Assembly (NCBI GenBank): GCA_963657885.1
Contig: CAVKNZ010000005.1
Span: 1 to 56,385 of the forward strand
DNA: 56,385 nucleotides
From: Bacteroidaceae bacterium
GTDB lineage: Bacteria; Bacillota_I; Bacilli_A; RFN20; CAG-826
Direction of reading: 5' to 3'
Part shown: in pieces, positions 1-9,524 of the stretch
Layout of the letters: every line of letters begins with the position of its first letter
Position numbering within the stretch: the first letter of the stretch is position 1
The notes under the pieces: model-generated
Seen by the model: only the letters and a program-made list of their open reading frames with translations
Told to the model about the DNA's origin: nothing
Databases searched by the model: none
Translations under genes and position numbers: made by a program

Positions 1-224
1 AATTTAGACATTGAAAGTAAAAATTTAGACATTGAAAGTAAAAATTTAGACATTGAAAGTAAAAATTTAGACATTGAAAGTAAAAATTTAGACATTGAAA
101 GTAAAAATTTAGACATTGAAAGTAAAAATTTAGACATTGAAAGTAAAAATTTAGACATTGAAAGTAAAAATTTAGACATTGAAAGTAAAAATTTAGACAT
201 TGAAAGTAAAAATTTAGACATTGG
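1..224. repeat. Perfect 21-bp tandem repeat (aatttagacattgaaagtaaa) x10 plus a 13-nt partial copy; truncated by the window edge
   Basis: Unit starts at 1, 22, 43 ... 190 are all identical. The copy at 211 diverges at nt 224. The unit is 7 codons (NLDIESK) in the frame that runs into the ORF ending at 474. Confidence 0.95.
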
Positions 225-474
225 AGTCAAAGTTAAAATTAACACTATCGATACGATAGACATCATAAATAACTCAACTTACTCAACTACATTGAAGAAG
301 GCTTTATTAAAAATTTACAATCAATTTTTCAACGATATCTTTAGTAGAAAAGAACTGGTAGATTATTTAGATGTATCAGATGCTTCTGGCACAAATTACA
401 TTAATTACTTAGTTAAATTAGAAATAGTTGAACCAATCAAGGGGCGGGGAAAAGGAAAATACAAATTTAAATAA
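1..474 (+). CDS. 5'-truncated ORF: heptad-repeat (NLDIESK)n region followed by a C-terminal winged-HTH-like tail (…GRGKGKYKFK)
   Basis: Frame 1 has no stop from nt 1 to 474. The ORF-track start at 292 is a TTG with no SD. The C-terminal tail resembles the wHTH tail of the 5576-7000 protein (…GKKTKGKRYYIIK). The repeats could instead be non-coding and the gene only 292-474. Confidence 0.5.
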   Translation, partial: NLDIESKNLDIESKNLDIESKNLDIESKNLDIESKNLDIESKNLDIESKNLDIESKNLDIESKNLDIESKNLDIGVKVKINTIDTIDIINNSTYSTTLKKALLKIYNQFFNDIFSRKELVDYLDVSDASGTNYINYLVKLEIVEPIKGRGKGKYKFK

Positions 475-603
475 AGTGTTATCTTCAATATAAAAGCTAT
501 ATTTTTCTTGAATAAGCGTAAAAATCAATCACTAAATCTGATGAATCCCAAACTTTAAATTGGTATTCATCCAAATAAGAAGTGTATTGCCTTTTTTATT
601 TGG

Positions 604-1137
604 ATGTATCTTTTACATTTTAATGTAAAGGTATTAAATAAACCGCGATTTCGAAGTAAATTTACGACGATTATCGAAATAAAGGATTGCCGTTTTGAAA
701 CGGTGCTATTGAAAAATGGGGAACTCATCAAATATCATTTAAATATGGAAAAAATAATCCAACAAGTAATTGCTAGCTATAAAGATAATCTCAATGTTTT
801 AAAAACTAGTAAAATGCATCAGATTAGTCGAAGTAAAGTTCGTAAGATTTTAATAAGCGAAGGATTTATTGATTCCCCTTTAATAGGCAATATTGAAAGG
901 CTCTTGCAAGAAGGGAAAAGTAAAAATCAAATTTGCATCTTATTAAAAATCTCTTCATCAACTTTCAATGATAACGTAGCTTATAACAAAGGAATTTATC
1001 ATAGAAAAGAACGTTCAAAGCAAGCTTTAAGAAGCGAACGCTTTAGGATTAAAGAATTGCGTGCAATAAAGCGAAATAAAAATTTAATGAAGGAAGGAAA
1101 AAAGCATGAACAACAAATGTTACAAAATAACCGCTAA
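604..1137 (+). CDS. Hypothetical small basic protein with HTH-like segments
   Basis: 177-aa ORF with HTH-like stretches (SKMHQISRSKVRKILISEG; SKNQICILLKISSSTFNDN). It overlaps the next ORF by 32 nt. The true start may be internal. Confidence 0.5.
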   Translation: MYLLHFNVKVLNKPRFRSKFTTIIEIKDCRFETVLLKNGELIKYHLNMEKIIQQVIASYKDNLNVLKTSKMHQISRSKVRKILISEGFIDSPLIGNIERLLQEGKSKNQICILLKISSSTFNDNVAYNKGIYHRKERSKQALRSERFRIKELRAIKRNKNLMKEGKKHEQQMLQNNR

Positions 1138-2140
1138 ATTGATTAATAATGATAATGATGTAAAAGAACTATTTAAAGCATTAGGGCGAAGTAGCTCGGG
1201 CGATATATCTCGCACTTTTATCGTAGAAAAAGATATGCCATTATGGTCGCTACATTATGCACTAGAATGCGCTTTTGGTTTTTTAAATTGTCATCTTCAT
1301 AGTTTTGAATTATTCGACGAAGACTTTAATAAATTGACACAAAATCAAACTAGTATATGGAGAAGTAATATAGGCATATATTTCAAATCTCCTACAAGGG
1401 ATCTTAATAGCGACTTCTGGTGCGATGATTACCAAAAAGGAAGTTTTTTAAACTGGCGAAAAAGAAAATATACTTCTCCATGCATATATAAAGGATTGTA
1501 TAAAACTAGTGAAGATTCAAAAAGTGATTTTGAGACATATTTAAATGACGTCGGTGATAAATTTATTGCAACTGAATTTGGAAAAGGTGAATTCTCACTT
1601 AGGCAAATAATACCTTTAAAATATTGGACACGCGGAGACGTAGATGAAAATTGTACTGGGACTTTAAACGACTTCTCTTTAGATCAACTACATTTTTTAT
1701 TCGAAAATAATCCAAAAGAGTTGCTCGACACTCTCACTGTCGAGGATATATTTTTAAGCTTTAAAAAAATTAAATATAGCTATGATCCTGGCGACGGATG
1801 GGAGTTTTGCATAGAAATTAGCGATGATGTTAAAAAAGAAGATGAAGAAGTTGTCTTAAAGAAAAAAATACCTTTGATGGTTAACTATGACGGGCTCAAC
1901 TTAGTGGAAGATGTTGGAGGCGTTCTAGGATATTGTGATTTCTTATATAGCTTATTCAATTTAAAAGAAGTACTTCATGAAAGTTCTAAATCAGTTTTTC
2001 TAGACAACAAATATTATGAACCGATAAGAGAATTCAAGGGTTTTACTCCATTAGGAATTCTTTCACCTACAAGACAGCGAGATTGGGCGTATTCTCAAGA
2101 ATGGGATGAAGAATTTTTCGATTTAAGAAAGTGGTTTTAA
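1106..2140 (+). CDS. pRiA4b ORF-3-like (MM3350-like, PF07929-type) protein
   Basis: Family signature Y-x-YD-x-GDGWE-x-x-I (YSYDPGDGWEFCIEI), plus N-terminal 'FIVEKDMPLWSLHYALECAFGF' typical of this fold. Confidence 0.65.
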   Translation: MNNKCYKITAKLINNDNDVKELFKALGRSSSGDISRTFIVEKDMPLWSLHYALECAFGFLNCHLHSFELFDEDFNKLTQNQTSIWRSNIGIYFKSPTRDLNSDFWCDDYQKGSFLNWRKRKYTSPCIYKGLYKTSEDSKSDFETYLNDVGDKFIATEFGKGEFSLRQIIPLKYWTRGDVDENCTGTLNDFSLDQLHFLFENNPKELLDTLTVEDIFLSFKKIKYSYDPGDGWEFCIEISDDVKKEDEEVVLKKKIPLMVNYDGLNLVEDVGGVLGYCDFLYSLFNLKEVLHESSKSVFLDNKYYEPIREFKGFTPLGILSPTRQRDWAYSQEWDEEFFDLRKWF

Positions 2141-3765
2141 TTATGAACAGTGAAGATAAAAGAAAACTTTCATTAAAGAGAAGTATAAATAGTCTCGATG
2201 ATAAGAAATTAGTTAACTCAATAAAAGAAATCATAAACCATGATATCGATTTAGTGTATTCGAGAAAATTATTAGAAAAGTTTATTCCGTTAGATGAAGT
2301 CTTAGAAAAAGAAATAAAAAAGATAGACGATGAAGAAAACGAAGAAATATTTTCAATAGTTGAAAAGGATTTATTAAAAAGAAAACAAGTTGTTGTTACT
2401 CGTCAATTTTCATATTCCGATGACAACGGCGTAGTCGCGGAAGATAATTCATTTCTCATATTAATAAATAGATCATATGCCTTAATTGAAAAATTAATCG
2501 AAAATCATTCTTATAAAAAAGCTAAAACCATAATTTCTTTATTAAAAGAGATAACTATAGCTTATGAATACGATTTAGAAGATGATGAAATTTTAAAAGA
2601 TGAAACAAATATAGATGATTTTGAAGATTATGACTTTTATACATTTATAGAATGCTTTAATGAATTTCCTTATAACTTTTCAATTAGAGCACTCGCTAAT
2701 AAAGAGCTTATAATCGCGCTTCATAGTAAAAATCCAGCAAAAGGAGTTGCTAAATTGATTAATGAATACGCTCATGAGACTAATTTCGACTTTGCTGATA
2801 TTGATAATATTTTAAAATTAGCTGAAAAAGATTTTATTGAATTTTTATTTGCTATTTTTCTAGAAATAAAAAATAGCGAAGAAACTTATTCAACTTATTT
2901 TTCAAGCATAAAAGATCTTGCGATTGATATATCACCTCTTTTAGAGAAAATCTATCATGAAATCGGCAAATGCAATGAGGTTGTGAGTGCATTAGAAGAA
3001 AGAGGCAACGACATCATAATAAAATATGGACAGCTCTTTTTTACTAATGATCGAGAAAACTATTACGCGAAAAAGTTAGCCGATTTAATATTCAACTCTG
3101 CACTAAATTTAAAAAAAGAAGATATCGCACTACATTATTTAAAAGCATCATATTCAATGGAACAAACCATTTTAAAGTTGGTTTATATTGTTGCTTTATC
3201 AGATGAGATTGATTGTGAAGAAATATACAAACTAAGTAAAGGCAAGAAGAAAAAACATTACATATATCCGTTTTTAGGAATTATCAACGAAGATATTCTA
3301 AAGAATCTAGTTAATGAACAATCACTTGGTTGGAGTTATACGCCATTAAATGCTATTTTAACATTGCTTAAATATTTGGTTGCTAAAAATAGCAAACCTT
3401 TCTTTGAAGAGAACTTAAGAATTACTTTTATAAACGATATTTATGGCGAAACTTCTATGAGCGAAGAGTATTTCGATATTTATTTAAAGAAAATGAATAA
3501 AGTTGTTTTTAATCAAGAAAAAACAATATCAGCGATTGAAAAAATGAGCATCAAAAGAATTGAGAGCATTGTTTTTAACACATATCGGGGTTCCTATTTT
3601 AAGGCAGCCTCACTTTTAGTTGATTTAGAAATTTTAAATAGTGACTTGCATATGATAAAAACTGACTTAGTTGCATTGCTTAACGATTGTCGTGGTCATC
3701 CAGCATTTATAAAGGAATATAAAGCCGCTAAAGAAACTGTTCAGAATAGATTATTAGATAACTAA
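2131..3765 (+). CDS. Hypothetical protein (acidic, probably helical-repeat), co-operonic with the pRiA4b-like gene
   Basis: 544-aa ORF with no recognisable motif. The likely ATG start at 2143 lies 3 nt after the upstream stop. Confidence 0.6.
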   Translation: MVLIMNSEDKRKLSLKRSINSLDDKKLVNSIKEIINHDIDLVYSRKLLEKFIPLDEVLEKEIKKIDDEENEEIFSIVEKDLLKRKQVVVTRQFSYSDDNGVVAEDNSFLILINRSYALIEKLIENHSYKKAKTIISLLKEITIAYEYDLEDDEILKDETNIDDFEDYDFYTFIECFNEFPYNFSIRALANKELIIALHSKNPAKGVAKLINEYAHETNFDFADIDNILKLAEKDFIEFLFAIFLEIKNSEETYSTYFSSIKDLAIDISPLLEKIYHEIGKCNEVVSALEERGNDIIIKYGQLFFTNDRENYYAKKLADLIFNSALNLKKEDIALHYLKASYSMEQTILKLVYIVALSDEIDCEEIYKLSKGKKKKHYIYPFLGIINEDILKNLVNEQSLGWSYTPLNAILTLLKYLVAKNSKPFFEENLRITFINDIYGETSMSEEYFDIYLKKMNKVVFNQEKTISAIEKMSIKRIESIVFNTYRGSYFKAASLLVDLEILNSDLHMIKTDLVALLNDCRGHPAFIKEYKAAKETVQNRLLDN

Positions 3766-3828
3766 AAGAAACATTCATTTCAAAAAACAGTTAAAAGAAT
3801 TAATTATTTAAATGAATTAATATGCAAT

Positions 3829-5082
3829 TTATCGATTTAAGAAAAAAATGAAATCTTTTGAAATTCTTTCTGCTTCTTTTTTACTTAGTTTAGAAAGTGA
3901 TGCGTACTTGCTAAAGTTTTTAAAGACATTTTCAGTATCTTTAATAAGCGATATACATTTTTCTCTTTTTAAATTAAAAGAATCACCTAAGGAAATTAAA
4001 TCTTCTAAAGCAATATCTTTATCTTTTCCGTTAATAAGAATCTGATGGGCTTTGCAATAAATGCCATCTTCATTATAGGCATAGCTCATGTCGTAAGCTG
4101 GTGAAAGACGCCAAAGTCCATTTTTATCCATTAAAAAGGAAATATTTTTGACGTGATCATCTTGATTACGACCAATTACATTGAAGATAATTCTTCGATA
4201 CATTTCTTCTTTGTCGATCGAAATATTTAACGCATCAAACAAATCGTTTAATTCTTCATAAGAAAATGAACCAGGCTTTTCATAATCAAGATTTAATAAT
4301 GAGGCAAGCGTCTGCATATGAAGTTTCTCTGCTTTTCCATTAACAATTTTTCGGTCAAATCGTTTGGTTAAAAAATGATATTTATTATTAACTTCTAATA
4401 AATAAGAAGGGGAAATATTTATATGGCAATCTAAGCACATCAAATAATATGCATATTCAATACGTGTATAAAAATATTCGCCATCAAGAATATCGAATTT
4501 CAAAAGGTAATAATCAAAACCAGGAGATACTTCTACTTGACCGCTGCGGAATTCGTTAGTTGAAAAATTATATTGGACAATGGCTTTGGCTCTTTGTCCT
4601 CCAGCAGAGGTAGAGACATTTATTAGTTCAAGAATATCATCAGTTTTAAATGACCTTTTTTCGCTTAGAACTTCAGAAGATAATGTTACAAGCTTTTCAA
4701 TATCAATGTTTATCTCATTAGAAGCGTGATAAGTTTCTGGGAAATATTCTAATGCTCCCATTCCTCTGGTTCCTTCATAACATAATCTTTCCGCAGGGTT
4801 CAACGAATTCTCTTTTCTTCCAATGGAAGCTAGGTAAACATTTATAAGCTTATTGCCATAGCTGTCTGGTAAAGAATCGCGAAGCAAAGGAGGTAAAGAA
4901 AAATTTGATGGTATGCGTTTACCAAAATTATATGTTTTATTTGACAAAGGCATTATAATCGGAGAAATTTGAACATTCTTTTTAATAAAATTTTCATCAT
5001 AGTTAAATAAAGACTCGTCTCTTTTTTCACTATAGCGAAGAGTGCCCACTAATTCGCCCCAAAGATAAACCTTAACATTCAT
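3829..5082 (-). CDS. hipA: HipA-family serine/threonine kinase toxin (type II TA)
   Basis: N-terminal coupling domain (MNVKVYLWGELVGTL), ATP-binding TSAGGQRAKAIV, catalytic NQDDHVKNISFL and SPAYDMSY. The ATG at 5082 has an AGGAGG SD and overlaps the hipB stop as ATGA. Confidence 0.85.
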   Translation of the reverse strand: MNVKVYLWGELVGTLRYSEKRDESLFNYDENFIKKNVQISPIIMPLSNKTYNFGKRIPSNFSLPPLLRDSLPDSYGNKLINVYLASIGRKENSLNPAERLCYEGTRGMGALEYFPETYHASNEINIDIEKLVTLSSEVLSEKRSFKTDDILELINVSTSAGGQRAKAIVQYNFSTNEFRSGQVEVSPGFDYYLLKFDILDGEYFYTRIEYAYYLMCLDCHINISPSYLLEVNNKYHFLTKRFDRKIVNGKAEKLHMQTLASLLNLDYEKPGSFSYEELNDLFDALNISIDKEEMYRRIIFNVIGRNQDDHVKNISFLMDKNGLWRLSPAYDMSYAYNEDGIYCKAHQILINGKDKDIALEDLISLGDSFNLKREKCISLIKDTENVFKNFSKYASLSKLSKKEAERISKDFIFFLNR

Positions 5083-5390
5083 AGTTTGTCCTCCTTCCAC
5101 TCAATAATTCTCTTTTTATGTCGAACTCTTTTTCGTTCTTCTTTATTTAATGGCAAATCCTCAAATCTAAGTTCAACAATTGGAGGAAAATTGATAAATT
5201 CTTGTTCAAGACCTAACGCTTTTATATAAGAAAATAAAGCATAGCTAGATACATTTTTCCCGCCTTCAAGATTAGCAATTGTGTGCAAAGATAATCCGGT
5301 CCGTTCCGAAATATCTTTCTGCGTACGAGAAATTGAAATTCGATAATTCTTAAGATTGGCTATGAGCGTTAAATAATTAGTTATTTTCAT
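5079..5390 (-). CDS. hipB: XRE-family HTH antitoxin (HipB-like)
   Basis: HTH segment QKDISERTGLSLHTIANLEGGKN. It lies immediately upstream of, and is translationally coupled to, hipA. Confidence 0.8.
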   Translation of the reverse strand: MKITNYLTLIANLKNYRISISRTQKDISERTGLSLHTIANLEGGKNVSSYALFSYIKALGLEQEFINFPPIVELRFEDLPLNKEERKRVRHKKRIIEWKEDKL

Positions 5391-5575
5391 ATCGCATCTT
5401 TATTATATATTTAAAAATTTAAAAAGCAAGATTATGAACTTTAGCGGTTAATATGTGGTTTAACTTTCATAATAATGAATTTTATATTCTTATAATTAAA
5501 ACTGCATTCTAAGGGATAATTTATTAATTTTTAGGAAGATTATTAAAGCAAATAACAATCCGAATCATTTTAATA

Positions 5576-7000
5576 TTACTTGATAATGTAGTAACGTTTG
5601 CCTTTCGTTTTTTTACCATTCGTTGTAACTAGATTTTGAAGTAATAATTCATTGATAATTATGTTCACTGAAGAATTATTCATCTCAACCAAATTCGCTA
5701 TATCTTTGCTTGATGCGCCATCTTCGTGAGAAGTTAAATACGATAATATTTTCAATTTTTCTTCATAATGAGGGGTATTTTTATTCAATTTGGTAAACCT
5801 TAAAGCAAGAGTTGTTCTTCTAGGGAAATTGTTAACCGTTAAACTAGGTGTAATAAATCCATAAGATTTAAAAACTTCAAAGATGCTTGGCACACCAGTG
5901 CCCGCTCTATCAGAAACTTGTAGCAATCGGAAATAATTCATAATGTTTTTGTTTAACGGATTTGTTATTCCTCCAGTAACGGCTTGTTCAAGTCCAACCG
6001 GAATGTCTCCAGAATTAATAATAGTGATACCATCATATTTTTTCTTAATAACAACACCCGGCAACATTGAGTAATCGCAATTAGTGATGGCGTTTACAAC
6101 ACCTTCAATGACCGAACGTTGAATATCCGCTCCATTGATGTTTGTAATTCCATCCGTCTTGAATGGATTTGGTAAATTCTTAACGATTGATTCTTTAACT
6201 AATAAAAAGAAATTAAATATATTGCAATTATAGTTATAGTCATCGCTAACAATGCGGCGGTCCCATCTAGTTGAGTTAGTTAAGTTTTCTTGATAATCCA
6301 AAAAATAATTTGGGCAAATCTGGATAATATCGCTTATGTAGCCAAAAAATAATATAGCTCCGTTTTTTAGTACATCTTTTCCGTTATTTTTACTCATCGC
6401 CCCGATGCGCATAAGAAAATCATGGTCATTTAAATCTTTGAAAGTATTGTTAGGATTTGCATCATTAAAGGCTTTGCGAAAATTCTTTAATGAACCTTGA
6501 TCTAAATTTGCTTCATCGAGATTAAGATGATTTGGTAGCATATCAAAATCGACACCTTTTTGTTTTTCTAAAAGCGCAGCAATATCGTTAAGACTCATTA
6601 AGAAATCACCATCACCAATTCGGATGTAAGATTTAGATAAATTGTTATCAATATAAACTGGTTTAGCTTCACGAGGAGCTTCTTTAACAACAAAACGTAT
6701 TATTTTTTTACCATCAACATCAAGAATTTGAATGTCATCATCTTTTAATGAGCAATAGCTCACTTTATTTTGCGAATGAAGCGTAGAAATTAAAACTTTT
6801 CTTTGCTCATCTGGATTAGCTAATCCCGTTATTGTATTGGTTTTGCCTTCTTTAATTCCTAAATAAATAACTCCACCGCTAGTATTAGAAAAAGAAGAGT
6901 AGGTCTCAAATAAACTACTTGGTATTTTTCTACTCGATTCCTTCAATTCTACTTGAGTTCCTTCTTTCAATGATTTCAAATATTTTTCATTTTCTTGCAT
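5576..7000 (-). CDS. AlbA_2 (Schlafen-like AAA_4) / HATPase_c_4 'RecG-like' putative DNA-binding regulator with C-terminal wHTH
   Basis: N-terminal EGTQVELKES…FSNTSGGVIYLGIKE (AlbA_2 pattern), central DRAGTGVPSIF, and a C-terminal wHTH (SSKDIANLVEMNNSSVNIIINELL). Confidence 0.7.
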   Translation of the reverse strand: MQENEKYLKSLKEGTQVELKESSRKIPSSLFETYSSFSNTSGGVIYLGIKEGKTNTITGLANPDEQRKVLISTLHSQNKVSYCSLKDDDIQILDVDGKKIIRFVVKEAPREAKPVYIDNNLSKSYIRIGDGDFLMSLNDIAALLEKQKGVDFDMLPNHLNLDEANLDQGSLKNFRKAFNDANPNNTFKDLNDHDFLMRIGAMSKNNGKDVLKNGAILFFGYISDIIQICPNYFLDYQENLTNSTRWDRRIVSDDYNYNCNIFNFFLLVKESIVKNLPNPFKTDGITNINGADIQRSVIEGVVNAITNCDYSMLPGVVIKKKYDGITIINSGDIPVGLEQAVTGGITNPLNKNIMNYFRLLQVSDRAGTGVPSIFEVFKSYGFITPSLTVNNFPRRTTLALRFTKLNKNTPHYEEKLKILSYLTSHEDGASSKDIANLVEMNNSSVNIIINELLLQNLVTTNGKKTKGKRYYIIK

Positions 7001-7030
7001 ATAGGTAGCCTCCCACTATTAACATTATAA

Positions 7031-7110
7031 AATAATCTTCTAAAAAATCAATTATTCTTCCAAAATTTTAATTAATCTTCCAAAAAATAAATTATTCTTC
7101 CAAAAGATTA
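7031..7110. repeat. 4 x 20-bp direct repeat (ATTAWTCTTCYAAAAnnTnA)
   Basis: Units at 7031, 7051, 7071 and 7091, in the leader region of the 5576-7000 gene. Confidence 0.85.
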
Positions 7111-7137
7111 TACGAAAAGAATATCGAATGAAGTTGA

Positions 7138-7235
7138 CTGTGCACTTTTTTCAAGGGAGTTTTTGCTATGTTCTGCACTTTTTTCAAGCGAGTTTTAGTC
7201 ATGTTCTGCACTTTTTTCAAGCGAGTTTTGTCTTG
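7138..7235. repeat. 3 x ~33-bp direct repeat (ctgcacttttttcaagcgagtttt…atgtt)
   Basis: Units start at 7138, 7173 and 7206. On the minus strand one unit junction reads TTGAAA-17 nt-TAAAAC, which is promoter-like. Confidence 0.85.
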
Positions 7236-7308
7236 CAAAATAAAAAGTTTCGATAAAATCAGTATTTTTGAAAATTAACTTTAAATCAATTAGATTTCAT
7301 CAACTCTA

Positions 7309-8004
7309 TTACTCTTTTTTAATGAATAAATGAGGCAATGGAGAATGATAATTCATCTTCTCTAATGAACGAATTATAAGCATAGATGCCACTCCTCCAA
7401 TAACAAGAGTGGAACCCACTTCCACGAAGAAATTTACTCCGACAAAACCACATATGAATAAGAAGGCGTTATTAGGATCTAGATTATAGGATAGACATAG
7501 ATTTTGTATGACATCACTTTTATAAAAGAAGAGAGTGAAGATACTCATAAAGATAAAAGTGTTAAGTATCGATAAAGAGGCGCAAGAAATAAAAGAAGAG
7601 AGAATGCCCTTTTTATCAACAAGTCTAATCGCATCATAAATTAAACCTGTTAAAAAGCCAACGATAACTCGTGAATAACATAAAGCGATTAAACCACCGA
7701 ACTTAATCGCCGGTTCAATATCGCTAGATAATAAAAGTGTCGCGATGCTATCCATTCCCGTAAAAGCTTGAATAAGAGAAATACTTCCCCAGATGAAACC
7801 AGCGATGACTCCAAAATATGGTCCAAAAGCGCAGGCAATAATAGCAACCGGTATTCCCATAAGCGTTATCGAAAAGCCAAACATCTTTATATTGCCTAAT
7901 GGAGTAAAGCCAAAGATGAGCATTAAAGCGAGGATTAGTCCGCTTAAGGTTAATACGTATATGTTATTTTTAACTTTCATAAAGATCGAAGTGAATAATA
8001 GCAT
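7309..8004 (-). CDS. Multi-pass membrane protein, ECF-transporter S-component-like (vitamin uptake type)
   Basis: About 6 hydrophobic helices. 'GFTPLGNIKMFGFSITLMGIPVAIIACAFGPYFGVIAGFIWG' resembles S-components. The start could be the internal Met at 7980. Confidence 0.5.
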   Translation of the reverse strand: MLLFTSIFMKVKNNIYVLTLSGLILALMLIFGFTPLGNIKMFGFSITLMGIPVAIIACAFGPYFGVIAGFIWGSISLIQAFTGMDSIATLLLSSDIEPAIKFGGLIALCYSRVIVGFLTGLIYDAIRLVDKKGILSSFISCASLSILNTFIFMSIFTLFFYKSDVIQNLCLSYNLDPNNAFLFICGFVGVNFFVEVGSTLVIGGVASMLIIRSLEKMNYHSPLPHLFIKKE

Positions 8005-8125
8005 CTACTACATTTTTTGACTAGCAATTTGCTTTTTAAAAACAAGGAGACACAATTCGCAAGTTCAAAAATCTAACATTGTTATAAAGATAATTGTTAT
8101 ATTTTTGATTTATAAATCTACTTCA

Positions 8126-9472
8126 TTATTTTTTCAAAGCAAAAAGCATATACGAAGGTAAATTGGTAAGATTATCGCCATAGCTTAATGGTTTAGGTTT
8201 AACAATGTATTTTTCGCCAATGGTTTTGCCGAATTTCTTTTTAAATTCAGTCAACGAGGCAAGAGATGAAGCACTTTTCGATTTAACCTCTAGAGGAATC
8301 GTTTTGCCACCTATACTAATTAAGAAATCAATTTCATAATTTTTAATTTTTCCATTAACTTCGCTTTTCCAAGAATAATAAAATGGTTCAAAGCCTATAG
8401 ATGTTAGAGTCTCAGCAGCGTAATTCTCAAATAGCATTCCAAGATTTAAGCTTAAATTGTCTAAGATAATCTTCTGGTATATACTACGGACATCATCGCT
8501 ACTGCTTGAATAAATTAAAGAAACAAACAAACCGACATCATTAAAATATAACTTGAACTTAGTTTCATCTTTACTTAATGCAAATCCACCGCTGGGATCT
8601 GAACATTTATAAACTGGTATCACCATTTTAGATTCAGTTAATTTATCTAATGTATTTTGAAATAAAACTGAATCCGCTCTTTCGTTCGTGGATGAAACTA
8701 TAAATCTCGATGAATGCTTCGATAGCATATTGGGCATTTGCCTCCAAACCATATAGCAAATCGTCCCATATTGATTATCAATTTTTCTAAGATCATCTTC
8801 ATAAAGACTAATAATTTTTTTCTTTTCTTTTTCAGCATCATAAAAATCGTGATTCTCCAAATATTTGGATACAACTTTTGGCATGCCGCCTAGGGCTAAA
8901 TATAATCTGAAATTACGCATTAATATTCTATGAGTTAATTGATCAATTGGTTTCCGTTTAGCAAAAAAATCCTTAAGCATATCAGCCTCAAAATCAGCCC
9001 CAATAGCCCATAAAAATTCTTCATAATCTAGAGGATACATTTGAATAGATTCTTCTTCCGAAGGAATCAAAATATTAACTATATTTTCTTTAATTGAAAT
9101 AAGTGACCCTGTTTCAATGTAATGATATCTACCATCTGCTACTAAAGTTTTTATCGCTTGTCTAGCTTTTGGGCAGAACTGAATTTCATCAAAAATAAAT
9201 AAACTGCCTCGTGGTAAATGCGGTATGCCTAAATCCAAAAACAGTTTGGAGAAAAAATTATCGATGTTCATAAGATTATCAAAGTTCTTTTTAAAATCTT
9301 CGGACACAATCGAAAAATCAATGACATGAAATTTTGAGTATTCATTTTTTCCCAATTCAATAGCGACAGTAGTCTTGCCCACTCGTCTAGCACCTTCAAT
9401 AAGAAGCGCTGATGAACCATTAGATTCACGTTTCCATTTTAATAATTCATCATATATTTTTCTTTTAAACAT
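8126..9472 (-). CDS. AAA_14 / DUF4143-family ATPase
   Basis: Walker A GARRVGKTT and Walker B IFDEIQ, with the length and architecture typical of the family. Confidence 0.8.
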   Translation of the reverse strand: MFKRKIYDELLKWKRESNGSSALLIEGARRVGKTTVAIELGKNEYSKFHVIDFSIVSEDFKKNFDNLMNIDNFFSKLFLDLGIPHLPRGSLFIFDEIQFCPKARQAIKTLVADGRYHYIETGSLISIKENIVNILIPSEEESIQMYPLDYEEFLWAIGADFEADMLKDFFAKRKPIDQLTHRILMRNFRLYLALGGMPKVVSKYLENHDFYDAEKEKKKIISLYEDDLRKIDNQYGTICYMVWRQMPNMLSKHSSRFIVSSTNERADSVLFQNTLDKLTESKMVIPVYKCSDPSGGFALSKDETKFKLYFNDVGLFVSLIYSSSSDDVRSIYQKIILDNLSLNLGMLFENYAAETLTSIGFEPFYYSWKSEVNGKIKNYEIDFLISIGGKTIPLEVKSKSASSLASLTEFKKKFGKTIGEKYIVKPKPLSYGDNLTNLPSYMLFALKK

Positions 9473-9524
9473 AGGTGAAACCTCTGCTTTAATTTTATAT
9501 TAAAGATATTAAATGTTAAAGACA

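Noticed and set aside
1-224. CRISPR array (also considered for 7031-7235 and 9525-9656)
   Set aside because: The repeats are directly abutting with no unique spacers. The units (20-33 bp) lack CRISPR-like repeat-spacer alternation, and no cas genes are present.
3829-5390. Mycoplasma-type genetic code (TGA = Trp)
   Set aside because: The long ORFs are intact under code 11. TGA serves as the stop in ATGA overlaps (hipB/hipA at about 5079-5082, and the MoxR stop at about 43944-43947), and Trp codons seen are TGG.
8005-8125. Vitamin riboswitch upstream of the ECF-S-like membrane protein
   Set aside because: I could not recognise any conserved riboswitch core (TPP, FMN, preQ1, THF, cobalamin) in the 120-nt leader on the minus strand.
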